Below, piece after piece: positions 38,925-53,694 of a DNA stretch of 64,000 nucleotides. The stretch spans positions 70,866,001-70,930,000 of the forward strand of contig NC_043001.1 of NCBI RefSeq assembly GCF_006345805.1. The letters are read 5' to 3'. The position numbers were made by a program, and so were the translations under genes. Within the stretch, counting starts at the first letter, position 1. Each line of letters starts with the position of its first letter. Under the pieces are notes generated by a model, which was not told the origin of the DNA, ran no database searches, and saw only the letters and a list, made by a program, of their open reading frames with translations. The stretch comes from Octopus sinensis (lineage: Eukaryota).

Positions 38925-40690
38925 TTATTTCGAATTCAGTTAATTTGTCCCTGGGTAATTTGTCGTTGATTAATTCATTCTCAGGTCAATATGTCGCTAG
39001 GCAATTCGTCTCCAAATACTCTTAAATGTGATTTTCGAGGGCAAGTTTAGAACAATCACTTTAGAATTAAAATTGTCTTAGGACAGTTTTAGATATTTTT
39101 TGGTTTTTTTAACCCCCATCCCCCTCTCTATCTTAAATATCTGCACTGAACAGTTTATAAACAGATATTTTCAAACAAATCGAATTAAATTTATTCAATA
39201 TGCCTCCCCATCAACATGACTACTTGCAAGATCATAATTTCAGGGGAAGGAAAAATCAAAGTGGTTGATCAAGAAAATTATATATACACAAAAAATAAGC
39301 AGAGTGCAGATGGACCAAAAATATACTGGATGTGCGAAAATCGTGTGTGCAAGTCGAGACTTCATACAGATGAAAATTATAGAGCTTAAGAACATTGAGA
39401 ACCCTAATCACACTTCAACTGCTGCCGAGGTAAATTCAAATATTAAAGTAAAGTCTGGTTCATCTTCCGATGCCCCTCTCAATTATCGCAAATACCTCCG
39501 TTTGCACAGCTTAATAGAATTATAAGACATTGGAGGCAGTCTGATTCCAAATATCCTGCTACCCCACTTTCAAATGCTGGGTTTTCCATTCCGGTTGAAT
39601 ACACCTACCTTGACAATGATGAAACGTTTTACAGTGGGATGGAAGATTCAAAATAAATACTAAAGTTTGCAAGTGACGAAGCACTTCGACAGTTAAAATA
39701 ACACAAGAACTGGACGGCAGATGGACCATTTAAGTGCTGCTCTAATACATTTTTTCAGTTATGTATACTTCAAATTGAAATTGATAAATTTATTGCCCCA
39801 CGTTTGTTCGCATTGCTCTCTGACAATCGTCAAGACACATATGGCAGACTTTTTGTCCAACATAAATAAATTGCAGCAGAATGAAGGCCCTGATAATATA
39901 ATTATGGATTTCGAAAGAACAACCCATAACGGATTTCTGGAATCGTTGCCTAGGTTGAATTTGGCATGCTGCTCGTTTCATTTAGGACAAAATGTGTACA
40001 AGCATGTTGTGCAAGGACTAAAACGCAGATATCACAGAGATGACAGTTTTAGTCTAAAAATGCGTTGTTTTGTTGTCCTTGCCTTCATGCCGGTTGATAA
40101 TGTTGTAGATAGATATGAACAACTAGTAAATGATGATGGCATTTCACAGTCAATTGTATCCTATTTTGAAAATAATTATATAGGACCACGTAGTGGAAGA
40201 AGACAGAGGAGGCGAAAACTTGAACCTCTATTTCAATTACCTATATGGAATTCATGGGATCGATGTATGACAGGGATTGCTCGTATTACAAATAATTTAG
40301 AGAAACACAATGAATATTAGTCATCCAAATATTTGAAAACTTATTGAGGTGATTGAATGTTAGGAGAGATTTGTCAGTACCAAATTGAAGAAGTTTATAC
40401 AAGAGAAGAACCAAACAAAAAGAAAACGTACAGAAATATTAACCTGCGGGTAAAAAATGTCATTGAAAAATATGATCCAAGCCATTTTTCTCAAAAGTAA
40501 TTGCATACAGTCTTCAATTTTCAGAAAAAATGAATATATAATACAGCGAACCTTAAGATAATGTTTGTTTTTAATTCAGATATTCGTTCTCCTATTTTTC
40601 CCATGATCTTGAGTAATTGACCTGGGGACGAATTGACCAACGACTGGGGACAAATTAAACGACGAAAAACGGCAATCGACAAATTGACTC
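38925..40690 (+). mobile_element. Decayed Mutator-like (MULE) transposon with FLYWCH-like N-terminus
   Basis: YWMCENRVCKSRLHT, DGPFK, IMDFE, CCSFHLGQNV; degenerate TIRs near 38940-39000 and 40615-40660. Confidence 0.82.
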
Positions 40691-40699
40691 GTTTTTCGC

Positions 40700-41140
40700 T
40701 GGCACAAGTTCCAGGTAAGTCATGTCCAACAAGAGTCCCATGATGACGTTCTTTTTCGACAGCAATGGTGTCATCTACACCCACTGTACTCCCTCTAGAC
40801 AGACAGTCAACAAAGAGAACATTGTGGAGGTTTTGAGGGAGTGCAGAAAGAAATTTCGTTGTATTAAGGCCGGAACATCTGCACCAGGACAATGCACCAG
40901 TCCATAATTCCATCCTTCTAACCAAATACTTAACTGAAAGTGGTATCCAAACTGTCCCTCACCCACCATACCGTCCAAATCTTGTTCCCTATTACTTTTG
41001 GGTGCTCCCCAAGAAGAAAACGTAGACGAAGGAAGCTATCATGTGCATCATGGACAGCTCCAATTTGGAGGGCTTCCATGCAGCCTTCACGAATTCGCTG
41101 GAGAGCTACATCTTTTCTGGAATCAGAAAACCATACTCTG
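40700..41140 (+). mobile_element. Mariner 3' fragment
   Basis: MMTFFFDSNGVI, HQDNAPVHNS, HPPYRPNL. Confidence 0.75.
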
Positions 41141-42299
41141 AAAGGTAATAGTGTTTTTTTTTTATTTTTTCAAATCGATAAATGTCGCTCCTGAAAATAT
41201 TTCAAAAGTTCTAAAATACACCTTCTATTTACTGTAAAACCAGTCCATCTAAACAAAGGGATGATGAAGTGGACTAGCATATACAGTATCACTGAACATA
41301 CACTATACAAATATTTAGTGAACTTCCGATAAACATTTATAATGAAAGGAATATATAGACATCTGGAATTATTCATGAAATGTCTTCGATGCATTTGCCA
41401 CTTAAAACCCAGATACACAACAGAAATGTTTTAGACGAAATCGTTTTTCCAACAACATAGTAAAAGCCATAAATTTATAAACATCTGTAATTGGCATACA
41501 ACGATATGCAGTAGGTGATAATAGACGTAAGATAGGAATATAGAAACTAGCTTTTAATTATCTGATAAACGTGATTGTCATGTAAAATTATTCAGAAAAC
41601 AAAGTTTAATAAACCTCACAGCTGTATTACACATGTTATGACAGCTGTCTTCATTTGAACGTTTTTAGATATAGGATAAATGATATAATATGAAGTAGAA
41701 AATTCAAGAAAACATCTGGACATTTATGGGATGCGTGTATGCAGATATACATATATGCATGCGTTTATATATGTGGGTGTGGGTGTGGGGTGTATGTGTG
41801 TGTGTCCGCATATGCATGTATTAGTTTGTGCTAGTATGTTTAAGTGTGGGTATATGTCTGCTTAGATGTATGTCTGATTATACTATTTTTAATTATGAGC
41901 CCTAGATGCCTCCTTAGGCCCTTTTATGCTGTTGAGATTGATCACGTTAATGCTCTTAGACATTTCAAATTCAACATTCTAGGAAAAATTACGATGAGGG
42001 AGCGAAAACACAGAAGGACAATGTTCTGGATAAAAAAATATAAGGATTGAGCTGTGTTCAATGCAAAGTACGCGTTGGTGATTAAATACAAGGGTATCGA
42101 GTAAAAAATGAAGTCGATAATGCCTAAGTGGAGACGTGCAAACAGCTTTCAAGCAGTTAAGACTTTTGGAGCTGGGGTAGTGGTTTGTATAAGGTAGTAG
42201 TGGTTATATGACATGTTTGTGGGTCAGAAGTAAGTTCCACCGATGTTTTCGCAGTAAGATGGGCGTCTTTTATTTGCATAATCTCTAGCATCTTTTTCA

Positions 42300-43130
42300 C
42301 TGCAATAGTCACACCATATGAGATATGAGAGCAACACACTAGTATAGGTCTCCCCCGGACGTTATAAATTCACTGGGCCTCATTGTTCTCAACTCCGGCG
42401 TACAGTTATTGCATTATTTTGGGAAAGTTTCTGTAATTGTTGAAATGAGAAATATTTCTGACGATGAAAGAAGGGTCAATCGTTAAGAACACTTTTACTA
42501 GAAAATGTATCGGATTGAGTATGACCCAACAATCGGAGTAATTGTACGGACTTTTGTTGAATGCTGCTCGTCATTAAGAGACGAGAAGTGCGATGATGGT
42601 TTTATTACCCCTTAATTTCTCCTTGAATGCCACACAACTGTCATTTCCCTTGAAAGAAATATTTCAAGGTCCGTCTTCATGGGTTCTGAGATGGCTTGTT
42701 ATCTACGTTGTGTGTGAGTGGATGGTGCATGGTTTGGGAATTTAAGGAAGAAAGCAAAGTAGATCTATCTCTATGAAAGTGCGTGTTGATGAACATGGGA
42801 AGCAGTAGTTTATTTATCTTCAAAAGCAAAAACCTACGAGAACCTTTTGTTGACAGCGTATGAGATAGTAAGAGCTCGGTCAATACAGGTGCTGAAAGTG
42901 CGATCTGGTTGGAAGATGCCGATTTAAAAGGTGCTTGGGAAGTAGTGTTCATAGCCAAAAACACTTTCAATGGGAGGTTTAAGTGCTGCACACAGTTGAA
43001 AGCATTGCTTATATCGTGGACAATCTTGCTTTCATCAAATTTATCCGAAGCAAGAAACTATAAGTGAATGACTAGTGATAGTAGAGTAACAGTGTATCTG
43101 ACCTTGCAGAAAGTGCACTAGTGGTTGTCA
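42300..43130 (-). mobile_element. Highly decayed Tc1/mariner-like remnant
   Basis: Weak transposase-like translations only. Confidence 0.3.
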
Positions 43131-43269
43131 AGGACAGAGAGTGAGAAAGTGCGAGTCAAGGTAGTCATGTTACTTGTTGCTTCAATTACATTAGTCTTGA
43201 AATTAAAAGCGATAGTGTGAGGTGATAAAGTCAAAGAATTTGCGTCTGTTATTTCTTTATTGCCCACAA

Positions 43270-43435
43270 CGGGCTAAACATAGAGGGGACAAACAAGGAC
43301 AGACAAAGGGATTAAGTCAATTACATCGACACCAATGCGTACTAGGTATGAAAGTTATTGACCCCGAAACGATGAAAGGTAAAGTAGACATCGGTGGAAA
43401 TTGGACTCAGAACGTAATGGCAGACGAAATACCTA
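43270..43435 (-). mobile_element. SINE fragment (OR-like)
   Basis: gaccccgaaacgatgaaaggtaaagtagac...actcagaacgt. Confidence 0.65.
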
Positions 43436-43642
43436 TTTTGCACTTCATAAAAATGATGAGTAAACTGGGAGTATGTAAAGGGATAGAATTAGATCAAGTC
43501 TGCCATATATATGGCGGTAAAGTGTGCACTGTATGCACAATTACTACGGTTCCCGCGAGGTGTGTCAAACTGGGCCACATGGATACATGTTGGCATATGT
43601 ACATACACACACACACACACAAACACACACACATGTATATAA

Positions 43643-43699
<57 letters not shown>

Positions 43700-43701
<2 letters not shown>

Positions 43702-44510
43702 CAGAGTGCGATAGATAAATCTTCACTCTGTAATATTTCTAATTTCGCGCATTCGCCTGACTTGTTTGTTTTTGATTTTGTCGACTATGAAGTATAGTAG
43801 GGTCAGTTCGGCACCGTCTGTGACAAAAACAGCACCATGACGAAATTCACTCTGCCAGAAATTTGGAAACGTCATGCTGGTACTCCCTTTCAGAGTGTTT
43901 GGTTGTCAATATGAGGACAGTGGAATCTGAGGACATGTACAGATATAATAAAAACCAAACATCCAGTCAACGTCATGGTGTTTGGAGTGATCACTAGTGA
44001 TGGCGACGTTATTCCTCTATTCATCTTCCCAGACGGCCTCAACCTCAAGTGCCTTGAAGAGGTAGTGCTGCTCTGGATGAAGAAGGTTGCTGGTGGATAC
44101 TCTATGTCTGGCAAGAGGACTCTGCGCCATGCCATACAAACAGGAGACCCCAGTCATGGCTGTCAGACAATTTCTGCGATCACATCATCCCTAACATCTG
44201 GCCACCTAACTCCCCAGATAGCAACCTCCTTGATTATTATTTGTGGCTCATAATTGAGCGAAAGACCAACAAAATTCCTTGTAACACTAAAGGTGACCTC
44301 CTTAATCAAGGAGACCGTCCAAGAAAGCTGCAGGATATTCCGAAGTCTTCTCGTGGCAGTGGTTGAAGCCAATAGTGATTTTATTGAATAAATCTAATCT
44401 TTAGTATTTCAAAATATTTTTATGCAATTGTCGTAAATATATCTATTAAAATGAAATGTCAGTATTAATTTCAACTTTGCGTAATTTAGACGACAGTTTA
44501 ATTACAGAAC
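43700..44510 (+). mobile_element. Tc1/mariner (maT-like) fragment
   Basis: KTKHPVNVMVFGVITSDG, WPPNSPDSNLLDY. Confidence 0.75.
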
Positions 44511-44589
44511 CATGTATATATATGATATGTACGGACACTCTCACACAAACACACACACAAACATACAAACACAGACACACGCACACACA

Positions 44590-45330
44590 TAGTGGGTGTT
44601 CGTTTTAAATTTGACAGTAAGCAAAACACGATATTCCATTAAAAATAGAAGTAATTTTTTAAAATTCAAAATATATCAACTAGATTATAACTGAGAGATA
44701 ACAATTTACTGGAAGTTGTCGCCTTCAGCCCCCACCGCGACCTCAAGACGCCTCCGGAACTTGGTACATGCATTCTTCGAACACCTTCTTGATCTTGGCT
44801 AACAGATCGGGGCTAGGTGTTGGAGGTAGAGCGGTTGGTGTCTTAATCAATGGAAATCTAACCGGTGGAATTAAGAGGCCATAAATTGGGGCTGGTTAAG
44901 TCACAGAAATTCTAGAAGCAACCAAGGAGCTGGATCGTACTGACAAATGTATAGCCTTCCAGTAGAATACCTCTGCAGCTAGGGTTTGACCACGGACTTC
45001 AGCATATTTACATAGAATTGAGTATAAGGTCTTGTTCAAAGATGTTGTATCAATTCAGGCGTGCCGATGCAGTCAGAACGTCTTCGTCCCCTTCATAGTC
45101 TCCGTTGCAGCTGCCCATAGCATCCATTGTACAGTCTTTACTGTGTTTACAGAGCAGTGATTTGCAATCATGATGTAGTAATCTTGATACCCGCCGCTAA
45201 TCATCCTGATACAATACTGACATGACTTCCAATGTTCCATGTCAGCTATTTTTTTCGGAACTACATCTTCCACCCTTTATATGCTCTATAACACCGCTGA
45301 CTGCTCATCAATACATCAAGTTGTTCCTAA
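44590..45330 (-). mobile_element. Decayed Tc1/mariner (maT-like) fragment
   Basis: CTKFRRRLEVAVGAEG C-terminus on the minus strand. Confidence 0.55.
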
Positions 45331-45434
45331 ATAAAAGTCATACAATTACTTGAAATCTAATCCGAACACACTGCACATATATGTATACAAACACACACAT
45401 ATACATACATACAGACATACACATACATACATGC

Positions 45435-45532
<98 letters not shown>

Positions 45533-45616
45533 AGGTCCCGGGTTGATTCGGGGTTAACCACAGTAAATAAGGTACTCAATACATAGCAGAGTAAAATTAA
45601 TTTATTATATAGAAGG

Positions 45617-45667
45617 AGCTTCTACAGGACTAGAACTGTTTCATTCAAGAGAAATCTTCAGGAAGCT
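45617..45667 (-). ncRNA. Type I hammerhead ribozyme, family B copy 1
   Basis: Reverse complement of 46119-46169. Confidence 0.75.
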
Positions 45668-46118
45668 AGTTAACAAGAATTGTATTGGCATTTATACATT
45701 TAGGCAGGTTTAAAGGGGTGTTGGTGGGGGACTTTTTGGGGGTAGGCATAGCGCAGAATATCATACTTGGGGGAGTGGTCAAGGAGTCAGTGTTAAATTA
45801 GATAGAAGAATAAATAAAAAAATAAAAAAAATAATAAAATAAAAAAATCTATATATAAAAAAAGGGGAATAGAGTTTTAGGTAAATAAGGAGATAAGAGA
45901 ATCTCCTTATTTACCTAAAACTCTATTCCCCTTTTTTTTATATATAGATTTTTTATTTTTTTATTTTTTTATTTATTCTTCTATCTAATTTAACACTGAC
46001 TCCTTGACCACTCCCCCAAGTATGATATTTTGCGCTATGCCTACCCCCAAAAAGTCCCCCACCAGCACCCCTTTAAACCTGCCTAAATGTATAAATGCCA
46101 ATACAATTCTTGTTAACT

Positions 46119-46169
46119 AGCTTCCTGAAGATTTCTCTTGAATGAAACAGTTCTAGTCCTGTAGAAGCT
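46119..46169 (+). ncRNA. Type I hammerhead ribozyme, family B copy 2
   Basis: AGCTTC CTGAAGA T-TTC-TCTT-GAA-T GAAA CAG-TTCTAGTC-CTG TA^ GAAGCT. Confidence 0.78.
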
Positions 46170-46219
46170 CCTTCTATATAATAAATATATATATATATAT
46201 ATATATAATATTATATGTA

Positions 46220-46410
46220 TACTTTTAATCTTTTATTTGTTTCAGTCACGGCCATGATGGAGCACCGCTTTTAGTCGAACATATCCACCACAAGACTTAT
46301 TCTTTGTAAGCCTAGTACTTATTATATAGGCCACTTTTGCCGAACCGTTAAGTTACAGGGACGTGAACACACCACAATCGAGTGTGAAGCGATGGTGGGG
46401 GACAAACTAA
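46220..46410 (-). mobile_element. SINE 3' half (OK-like)
   Basis: Similar to 10190-10380. Confidence 0.75.
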
Positions 46411-46453
46411 AACATACAACATACACGCACAAATACGCACTCACACACACACA

Positions 46454-46495
<42 letters not shown>

Positions 46496-46608
46496 AAAAA
46501 TGGTAAATAATTTTTCAGTGGTTTTTCATATAACCAACAATTATTTACCGGTAAATTTCGGTATGTAAATATGACAAATTCATCGTCAGGAACTTTTGTA
46601 AAGTTCAG

Positions 46609-47104
46609 TATATAGTAAAAATAATTAAAAGGGCAAGCAACAGGTTGCTTCGCCGCATACCGAAGGAATTATAAATGGCAGTCAAAGACTGTTTTTTCCA
46701 TTTTCTATAAGTGGAGATTCCATATACGACGGATACCGCGATTCACATACACAAAATCGGAGTAGCAAATAAACGAAAACAATCTCTTACCGTCGGCTTG
46801 ATTTCCTTTGTCAACACTATATTCGATTGTCAACACTTGGCATTTGGTAAATCTATCGAATATAGTGTTGACAAAGGAAATCAAGCCATTTTCGAGCTTG
46901 TGATCTAGAAACATGTTCACTATTAACGGTAAGAGATTGTTTTCGTTTATTTGCTACTCCGATTTTGTGTATGTGAATCGCGGGGTCCGTCGTATATGGA
47001 ATCTCCACTTATAGAAAATGGAAAAAACAGTCTTTGACTGCCATTTCTAATTCCTTCGGTATGCGGCGAAGCAGCCTGTTGCTTGCCCTTTTAATTATTT
47101 TTAC

Positions 47105-47110
<6 letters not shown>
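46609..47110. repeat. Nested palindrome (185-bp outer arms, 33-bp inner arms)
   Basis: Outer 46609-46793 / 46926-47110; inner 46795-46827 / 46855-46887. Confidence 0.92.
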
Positions 47111-47181
<71 letters not shown>

Positions 47182-48385
47182 CGAGCAAAACGACCCCCAC
47201 CTCAGTCCAATGGACGGTGCTGAGTTGTCAAACATTTAAACCAAATTTTCCCATAAGCATCACTTTGAGGAAAACTGATTTAATCTAAATTTGAGACACC
47301 AGCAAAAGAACAAATAAAGATAGAATTTTTTTCTATTCCAAAAAAACATGATTTAATTCACACAAATATGCAACCGAAGTGGAATTTAAAGTACCAATAA
47401 TGATAATGCTGTTGACTGGGAGAACACAAACATGGTTTAAACAATAAGCTTGGCAGGAAAGAAACGTACCTCTAAGCAGTACTAAAACAACAAAAATGGA
47501 GGGTGTATTTATGTACAGGTTGACGGATAAAAAGCAGAACAAAAACGATGCATGCAAATGGGTTAGCTGGAGGTAAATCTAGATGGAAAACCATGTTGAA
47601 TTTATCAGGGACGTACCTGGGACAATAATGAGTTTATCCGATAAAACATGTAGGAAACCAACTTGGGGCGATTTTTGTTTAAAAGCAACAACCTAGGGAA
47701 CTAAGTAACTAATTTTAAGCTAACTTATTTAACGGGATGTTCAGGGGGCATGGAAAAGCTAGTGGAGCGCAGCCTTAAGCATGCCTTTATTTCAATAAAA
47801 TTTTTGGTTTTGTTAAACAAGTGTAAAGCAAAATAAAAAATCTTCTTGAGAAACCAAATAGTCTTTCCTGCTTTCATGCCATGTTTAAAGAAAATATCTC
47901 TTTTGCATCTTACTTTTTTGGTCTCTTCAATATACTGCACTTTGTGGCATTATTTCAAGCCAGTCGCCTTTTTTGCGCAAACTGCACGTGCATTTTTCTT
48001 GCGCACGCGTAGTATCGATCACAACAGCTTATGTACTTGCGCGTACAAATGCACGATCCCACGGCTTTATCGATCGCATTCTCACCTGGAATCGATTTTT
48101 GTCATTATTTTCAAGACTTATAAACGTCCTGATACCGTCGGTATCTACATATCAAATTTGAACGCAATCAGATGGAGGATGTCCGAGATCCTAGAAGACA
48201 CACACAGAGACAGACCGGATTTTATATATATATATCATATATATATATTATACGTATGTGAATACACAACACCTGAGGATATACACAAATATACGCATGA
48301 GTGTATATAGATGTGAACATGCACAAAAAGACTAGTATTCTTACAGAAGAACGTAAATATATCAGTACCTAATAGATATATATAC

Positions 48386-48475
<90 letters not shown>

Positions 48476-48488
48476 CATATATTTATAA

Positions 48489-48521
<33 letters not shown>

Positions 48522-48643
48522 CACACACATATATATATATATATATATACATACATGCATACATACATATATACATACATACATACATACAAACATACAT
48601 ACATACATACATACATACATACATACATACATACATACATACA

Positions 48644-48675
<32 letters not shown>

Positions 48676-50223
48676 CATGCATGTATGTGTGTGTGCATAT
48701 ATATGTCTATGTTTGTATATTGTTGATTAATGAGAAATGGCTGACAGCCAAGCTGAAGTCTAACCCCAATATCATTCACCCCAATTTTAAGCAATAAATT
48801 CATACTTTTTTTCGTGATTTTTATTTTCTTTGCACCTCTGCCTCATTTTTCTGTAATGCCATTTGTTTTCTTCCTCTATTCTCCTCTTATCAGTTCCCAG
48901 GCAATCTAATTCTTGACAAACTGCAAATTTCGATAAAGAACTACAACAGAGACAAGAAAAGTGTGTTGCTGTTTCCAACGAAGAAAGCACCTAAACTGTC
49001 AAGAACGCCTTCTCTCAACATCATTGGAATTTCTTTAAAAAGAAAATCTCTGTTGTTTACTGAATGAAAAATAACAAGAAATTTGCCAAATCCAACCACG
49101 AGTAGTTTCATTTACTTATGTTGAGTTTTTTTTTTTAACTTGTTACGTGAAGAGATTTGTGTACACAGTTTTGGATGGAGGCCAAGTTAATAAGATCATG
49201 TGAAGAAGAACTGATTCAAGTCAAGGTAGAACTTCATATTGTGTTCCGGTCCAAAAAGCCCCAGTATATGTGCTGTCCAGTTTAGTCGCACTGGCCTATC
49301 AAATCATAGGAAAGAAAGCAAAAAAGTGGTACAACTGGATAAATGTGTTAACAAAAGACATTTCATTTTTATAACAGAGAAAGTTCCTGTACATTTTTCA
49401 GCTGAGGAAGTACGCAAAAAATATGTATGACAGAATTAACCACAGAGGAGGACCTTAGTCGAAATATTAAATTTTGTTTCTGCTCAAGGACGTAATTGAA
49501 TAGAAGGACTGTGCATTCGTAAAAAAACTAAACTGCTGACAGCTTACTTTTGTTAGATACTGCTCTATTACAAAAATGTCCCACAAGATGAAGTTATTGA
49601 TGTCAAGGAGTTACGTTTTCAAGTTAGACCTGGTTATGACCAGTATGTCACTCATGATTACTTTCTTCGTGGGATCATTTCCATTGGTCAGAGAGAAATG
49701 GAGAGTAATTTTATAATGTAAATTCATACACAGGTGTAATTGTGAACGGAACTATAACAAACCAAATGAATAATGTTATGCACAGTAAACACTACGAAAT
49801 ATTAAAACCATCATTGCAGAAGCCAAGATAGGGCAGGACTTCTAATTCAAGGCTACATGTATCCATCTCGTTTCGATAATCACTTAAGCGATTGCTTAAC
49901 ATAGTTAATTTACTTTGTAATGAACTCATTCGCAGCAGCCACTAGAAGCAGCGTAATTCATTTTGAAGATGAGAAATTGCGAAAGTATTAAGTGTAGATA
50001 TCTCACTAGAGTTCCTGTTGAAATTAACAAGTGCAGCAATTAATGAATTATCAATTAATTAAACAATTATTATATTGTATTTAATGTAACAATGTAATTG
50101 TGTAATGTTGTATCATTATTAATTAATTTTCACACACACATCTACGTAATTTATATATGAGTAAGGATGTATATAGTTATAAATATATCTGTATATATCT
50201 CTGGATATACATATAAAAGTATG

Positions 50224-50310
<87 letters not shown>

Positions 50311-50500
50311 ATATATATAAATGCATATATATATATATATACATACATATTACACATATATATTCAACATATATAAAATATATATATATATATATTATAT
50401 ATATATATACATAAAGTACCAATGGTATTTAAGTTTCAAACACACACATATTTGTAATAAATAAATGCATATGTGCGTGCATATGCATCTATATGTGTGC

Positions 50501-50535
<35 letters not shown>

Positions 50536-50552
50536 CTTGTGTATGTATAGGC

Positions 50553-50600
<48 letters not shown>

Positions 50601-50651
50601 TGCACATGTATTCATATGCATATACATACACAAGCACACTTTTATATATAA

Positions 50652-50714
<63 letters not shown>

Positions 50715-51079
50715 CAAAATAATTATGTAATTATATCTTACACATTGTTAATTGCATTAATAATTCAAAAACGAAAATGAAATTGTCTGACATAAACTGG
50801 AGAGAATTAAATAATAGGCGATATTACAAAATGTTCTGTATTGAATAAGCCTAAAGCTAATCCATGTCAGAGTGATCCTTTAATAACTCGCTTGTCATTT
50901 CCATTATTTTAACATGTAAATTGGAACCGAAATGTTTGAAATTTTTAAAATGACAACCTGTTGTTTTGCATAATATTCCCTTTCAATTGAATTCAGTTCT
51001 CTACCTACGTATTTTGAACGATGACTAAAAACTTAATTGATTTAGTGCACAATAGAATCTAAACATCTTATCTTATATG

Positions 51080-51343
51080 CAAAAATCTGCACAGTCTTTG
51101 GAAACTATGTACGTTGTATTTTCCAATGAAAACAGCAGCCCAAATCTTAGTACAATACAATGTTGGAAACGAATTATTTCTACATGAGACATTTGTTTCA
51201 AATATAAATATATGATAGTGAAAGAAATCCTGTAGACTTAATGATATAGTCAATAATATTGATAACAACGGAAAATCATACCATTGTCGTTTATATATAT
51301 ATATATATACACATATATGTGTGTGTATGTATGTATGTATATA

Positions 51344-51401
<58 letters not shown>

Positions 51402-51411
51402 ATATATATAT

Positions 51412-51478
<67 letters not shown>

Positions 51479-52990
51479 CATACATATATATATACGTACA
51501 GACGTACACATATCACAATTAATGAACTTCTGGAAAACAAAAGCCACACCACACTTATGGAACAAAGATCAATGGAAACAAATGACATACCAAATAGAAG
51601 ACGCATGAGAATTAACAAAATAGTAATCTTACACTCACGAACTGGCTCTTGAGATTGTGTGAATCTGATTGTGATAAACCACACTCTTACAATTGACCAC
51701 AATCGAACCCAAATTGTTTCAGCGAAAGAATGCTACAAGTATTTGGTTGCTAAATTCTAGAGACAATGTATGAACAGTATCGCCAATGGATTAATTATCA
51801 TCATAATGATAAAAAATATTTGATCGCTATAGAGTAAGATTCTCGGAAAATGTGACCGAACATATTGCAGGACATTACAAATCTAAAACTAGACAGTATC
51901 TCAACACAACATTAGAAAACCTGAGCAGAACCGATAGCGTGAATTATGAGATAAACTCTAGTGATGATTTTCCCAGAACTAGTTTTTATAATTTAGGTGA
52001 ATTACCAACTGTGTAATAGATAGTACCTTTACGAAAATACCTAATAATATGGATTAAATTATCGTGGCTTAACATCTAATTCTGTGAGTAGAATTGATAC
52101 TAATTCCTTTGAGCATGAGCAGTACAAGCGATTGGAAAAGCGACTTTCTAATTTCAAGAGCAAAATTATCTGTTCTTTCGAAAATCACTTTTAAGGAATG
52201 TAAGGCAATTGGAAAGGAATCCACGTACTATGAGTTTTTCTGGAACAATTTGGAAGTCTTGATTACATCATTCTTCTTCATTTAATTTTAGAAGAAAATG
52301 TAATCCTACCAATCTTAGATAATGCATTTAGGATTTCAAAAACAAGAACGTTAACTACGATATAAATGTGCTCATTTTTAGTTACGTTCAATCGTACAGT
52401 GCTGGTGAATTATGACTATAGAAAGACTTTTAGATATTTCAATGGTAAATAAAGCCTTAATTATAATTGGTTTTCCAATTATCTTATAAGCATACTGTTT
52501 CTAAGGTTTTAGCATATATTGAAGCCTAGATAACTAAATGTGACGTAAAATTACTATATTTGTTATTTTTTCGTTATCCACTGACGCCATCGCAATTTTA
52601 AATACTAAACAAGCTTTACTTAGAATATTATATCTCCTCTTAACGCTCGTTTTGTATGCGTTCCTGCGTTAGAGATATGAATTCTGTTCACGTGGAACCT
52701 AGGCCGCTTTCAGTTATCGTGATAACATTCCGTTAGCATAAGTTTTTGAATATGTTGATTTGTATTTTCTGTATCTAAATATGTAGACCACGCACAAACG
52801 ATCGGCGGTTGCATATTGTCTAATCATCAATTAACGTTGTGATTTTCTTCATTCTTGTTCATGTTGTCAATTAGTATTGATTTCTGGAAATTCTCCTTAG
52901 CGATATTCTGATCTACTTCTCACACATTCAGAATTACTCCGGATGTTAATTCTATTTACATTTCTTGATATCTGATACTCTGATATAGGT
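51080..52990 (-). pseudogene. Decayed single-exon rhodopsin-class (peptide-receptor-like) GPCR pseudogene
   Basis: In correct order on the minus strand: TM1-like SGVILN, TM2-like ATADRLCVV, TM3-like ST*TEFISLTQER, TM6-like [15 protein letters not shown]; stops, frameshifts and a (TA)n insert. Confidence 0.4.
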
Positions 52991-53032
52991 AACCAAATTC
53001 GCATAACATTGAGTGTTTTCTAAATAATTATA

Positions 53033-53089
<57 letters not shown>

Positions 53090-53478
53090 GTACAGTTCCA
53101 TGATGGTAACGTCAACAAAAAAGCTGCTCCATTTGGAGACATATTAAAATTATTTAATAAACACAATGTATATTATTATGTGTTGTTATTAGTTTCATGC
53201 CATCAAAACATGCCAGACAGTACTTTTAACCACAGCAGTGCCTGCATACCGAACTAGAAGTAGGGTGAAAGGGCGAGAGAAAACATCGAGAAAAGGCGAG
53301 AAAGAAATAGACATGAAAGGTGGAAGGTTGAAAAACTAGAAAACGGGAAAGAAAAAAGAAAGAAGCAAAAGGGGTGAAATAATATACATGTCAAGGCACT
53401 CATTGTAAACATAATGATAAAAATAAAAAAATTTTCCCCAAAATAGCCATCTCTACTCATTTTTCACACACACGCGCG

Positions 53479-53517
<39 letters not shown>

Positions 53518-53694
53518 TATATATATAATATAAGGGATATTAGCCAACTGAATATGGCTAGGGACAGGGCAGGGTGGTGGGGGTGTCACTGTTGCATTTA
53601 GCCCCAGGCGAACATCAGCGTCACCAAATAGGCCGACGCCATCACGGCGTCCTCTATCTTGCAAGGGAGATCATTCACCAAGAAGCGGATACCA

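Larger units (their letters stand above)
45600..46186. repeat. ~290-bp-arm palindrome carrying hammerheads (Penelope pLTR-like)
   Basis: Arms 45600-45894 and 45901-46186, 6-nt loop, flanked by (TA)n. Confidence 0.92.

Noticed and set aside
48730-50150. Non-repetitive island with coding-like composition
   Set aside because: No sustained frame or recognisable motif on either strand
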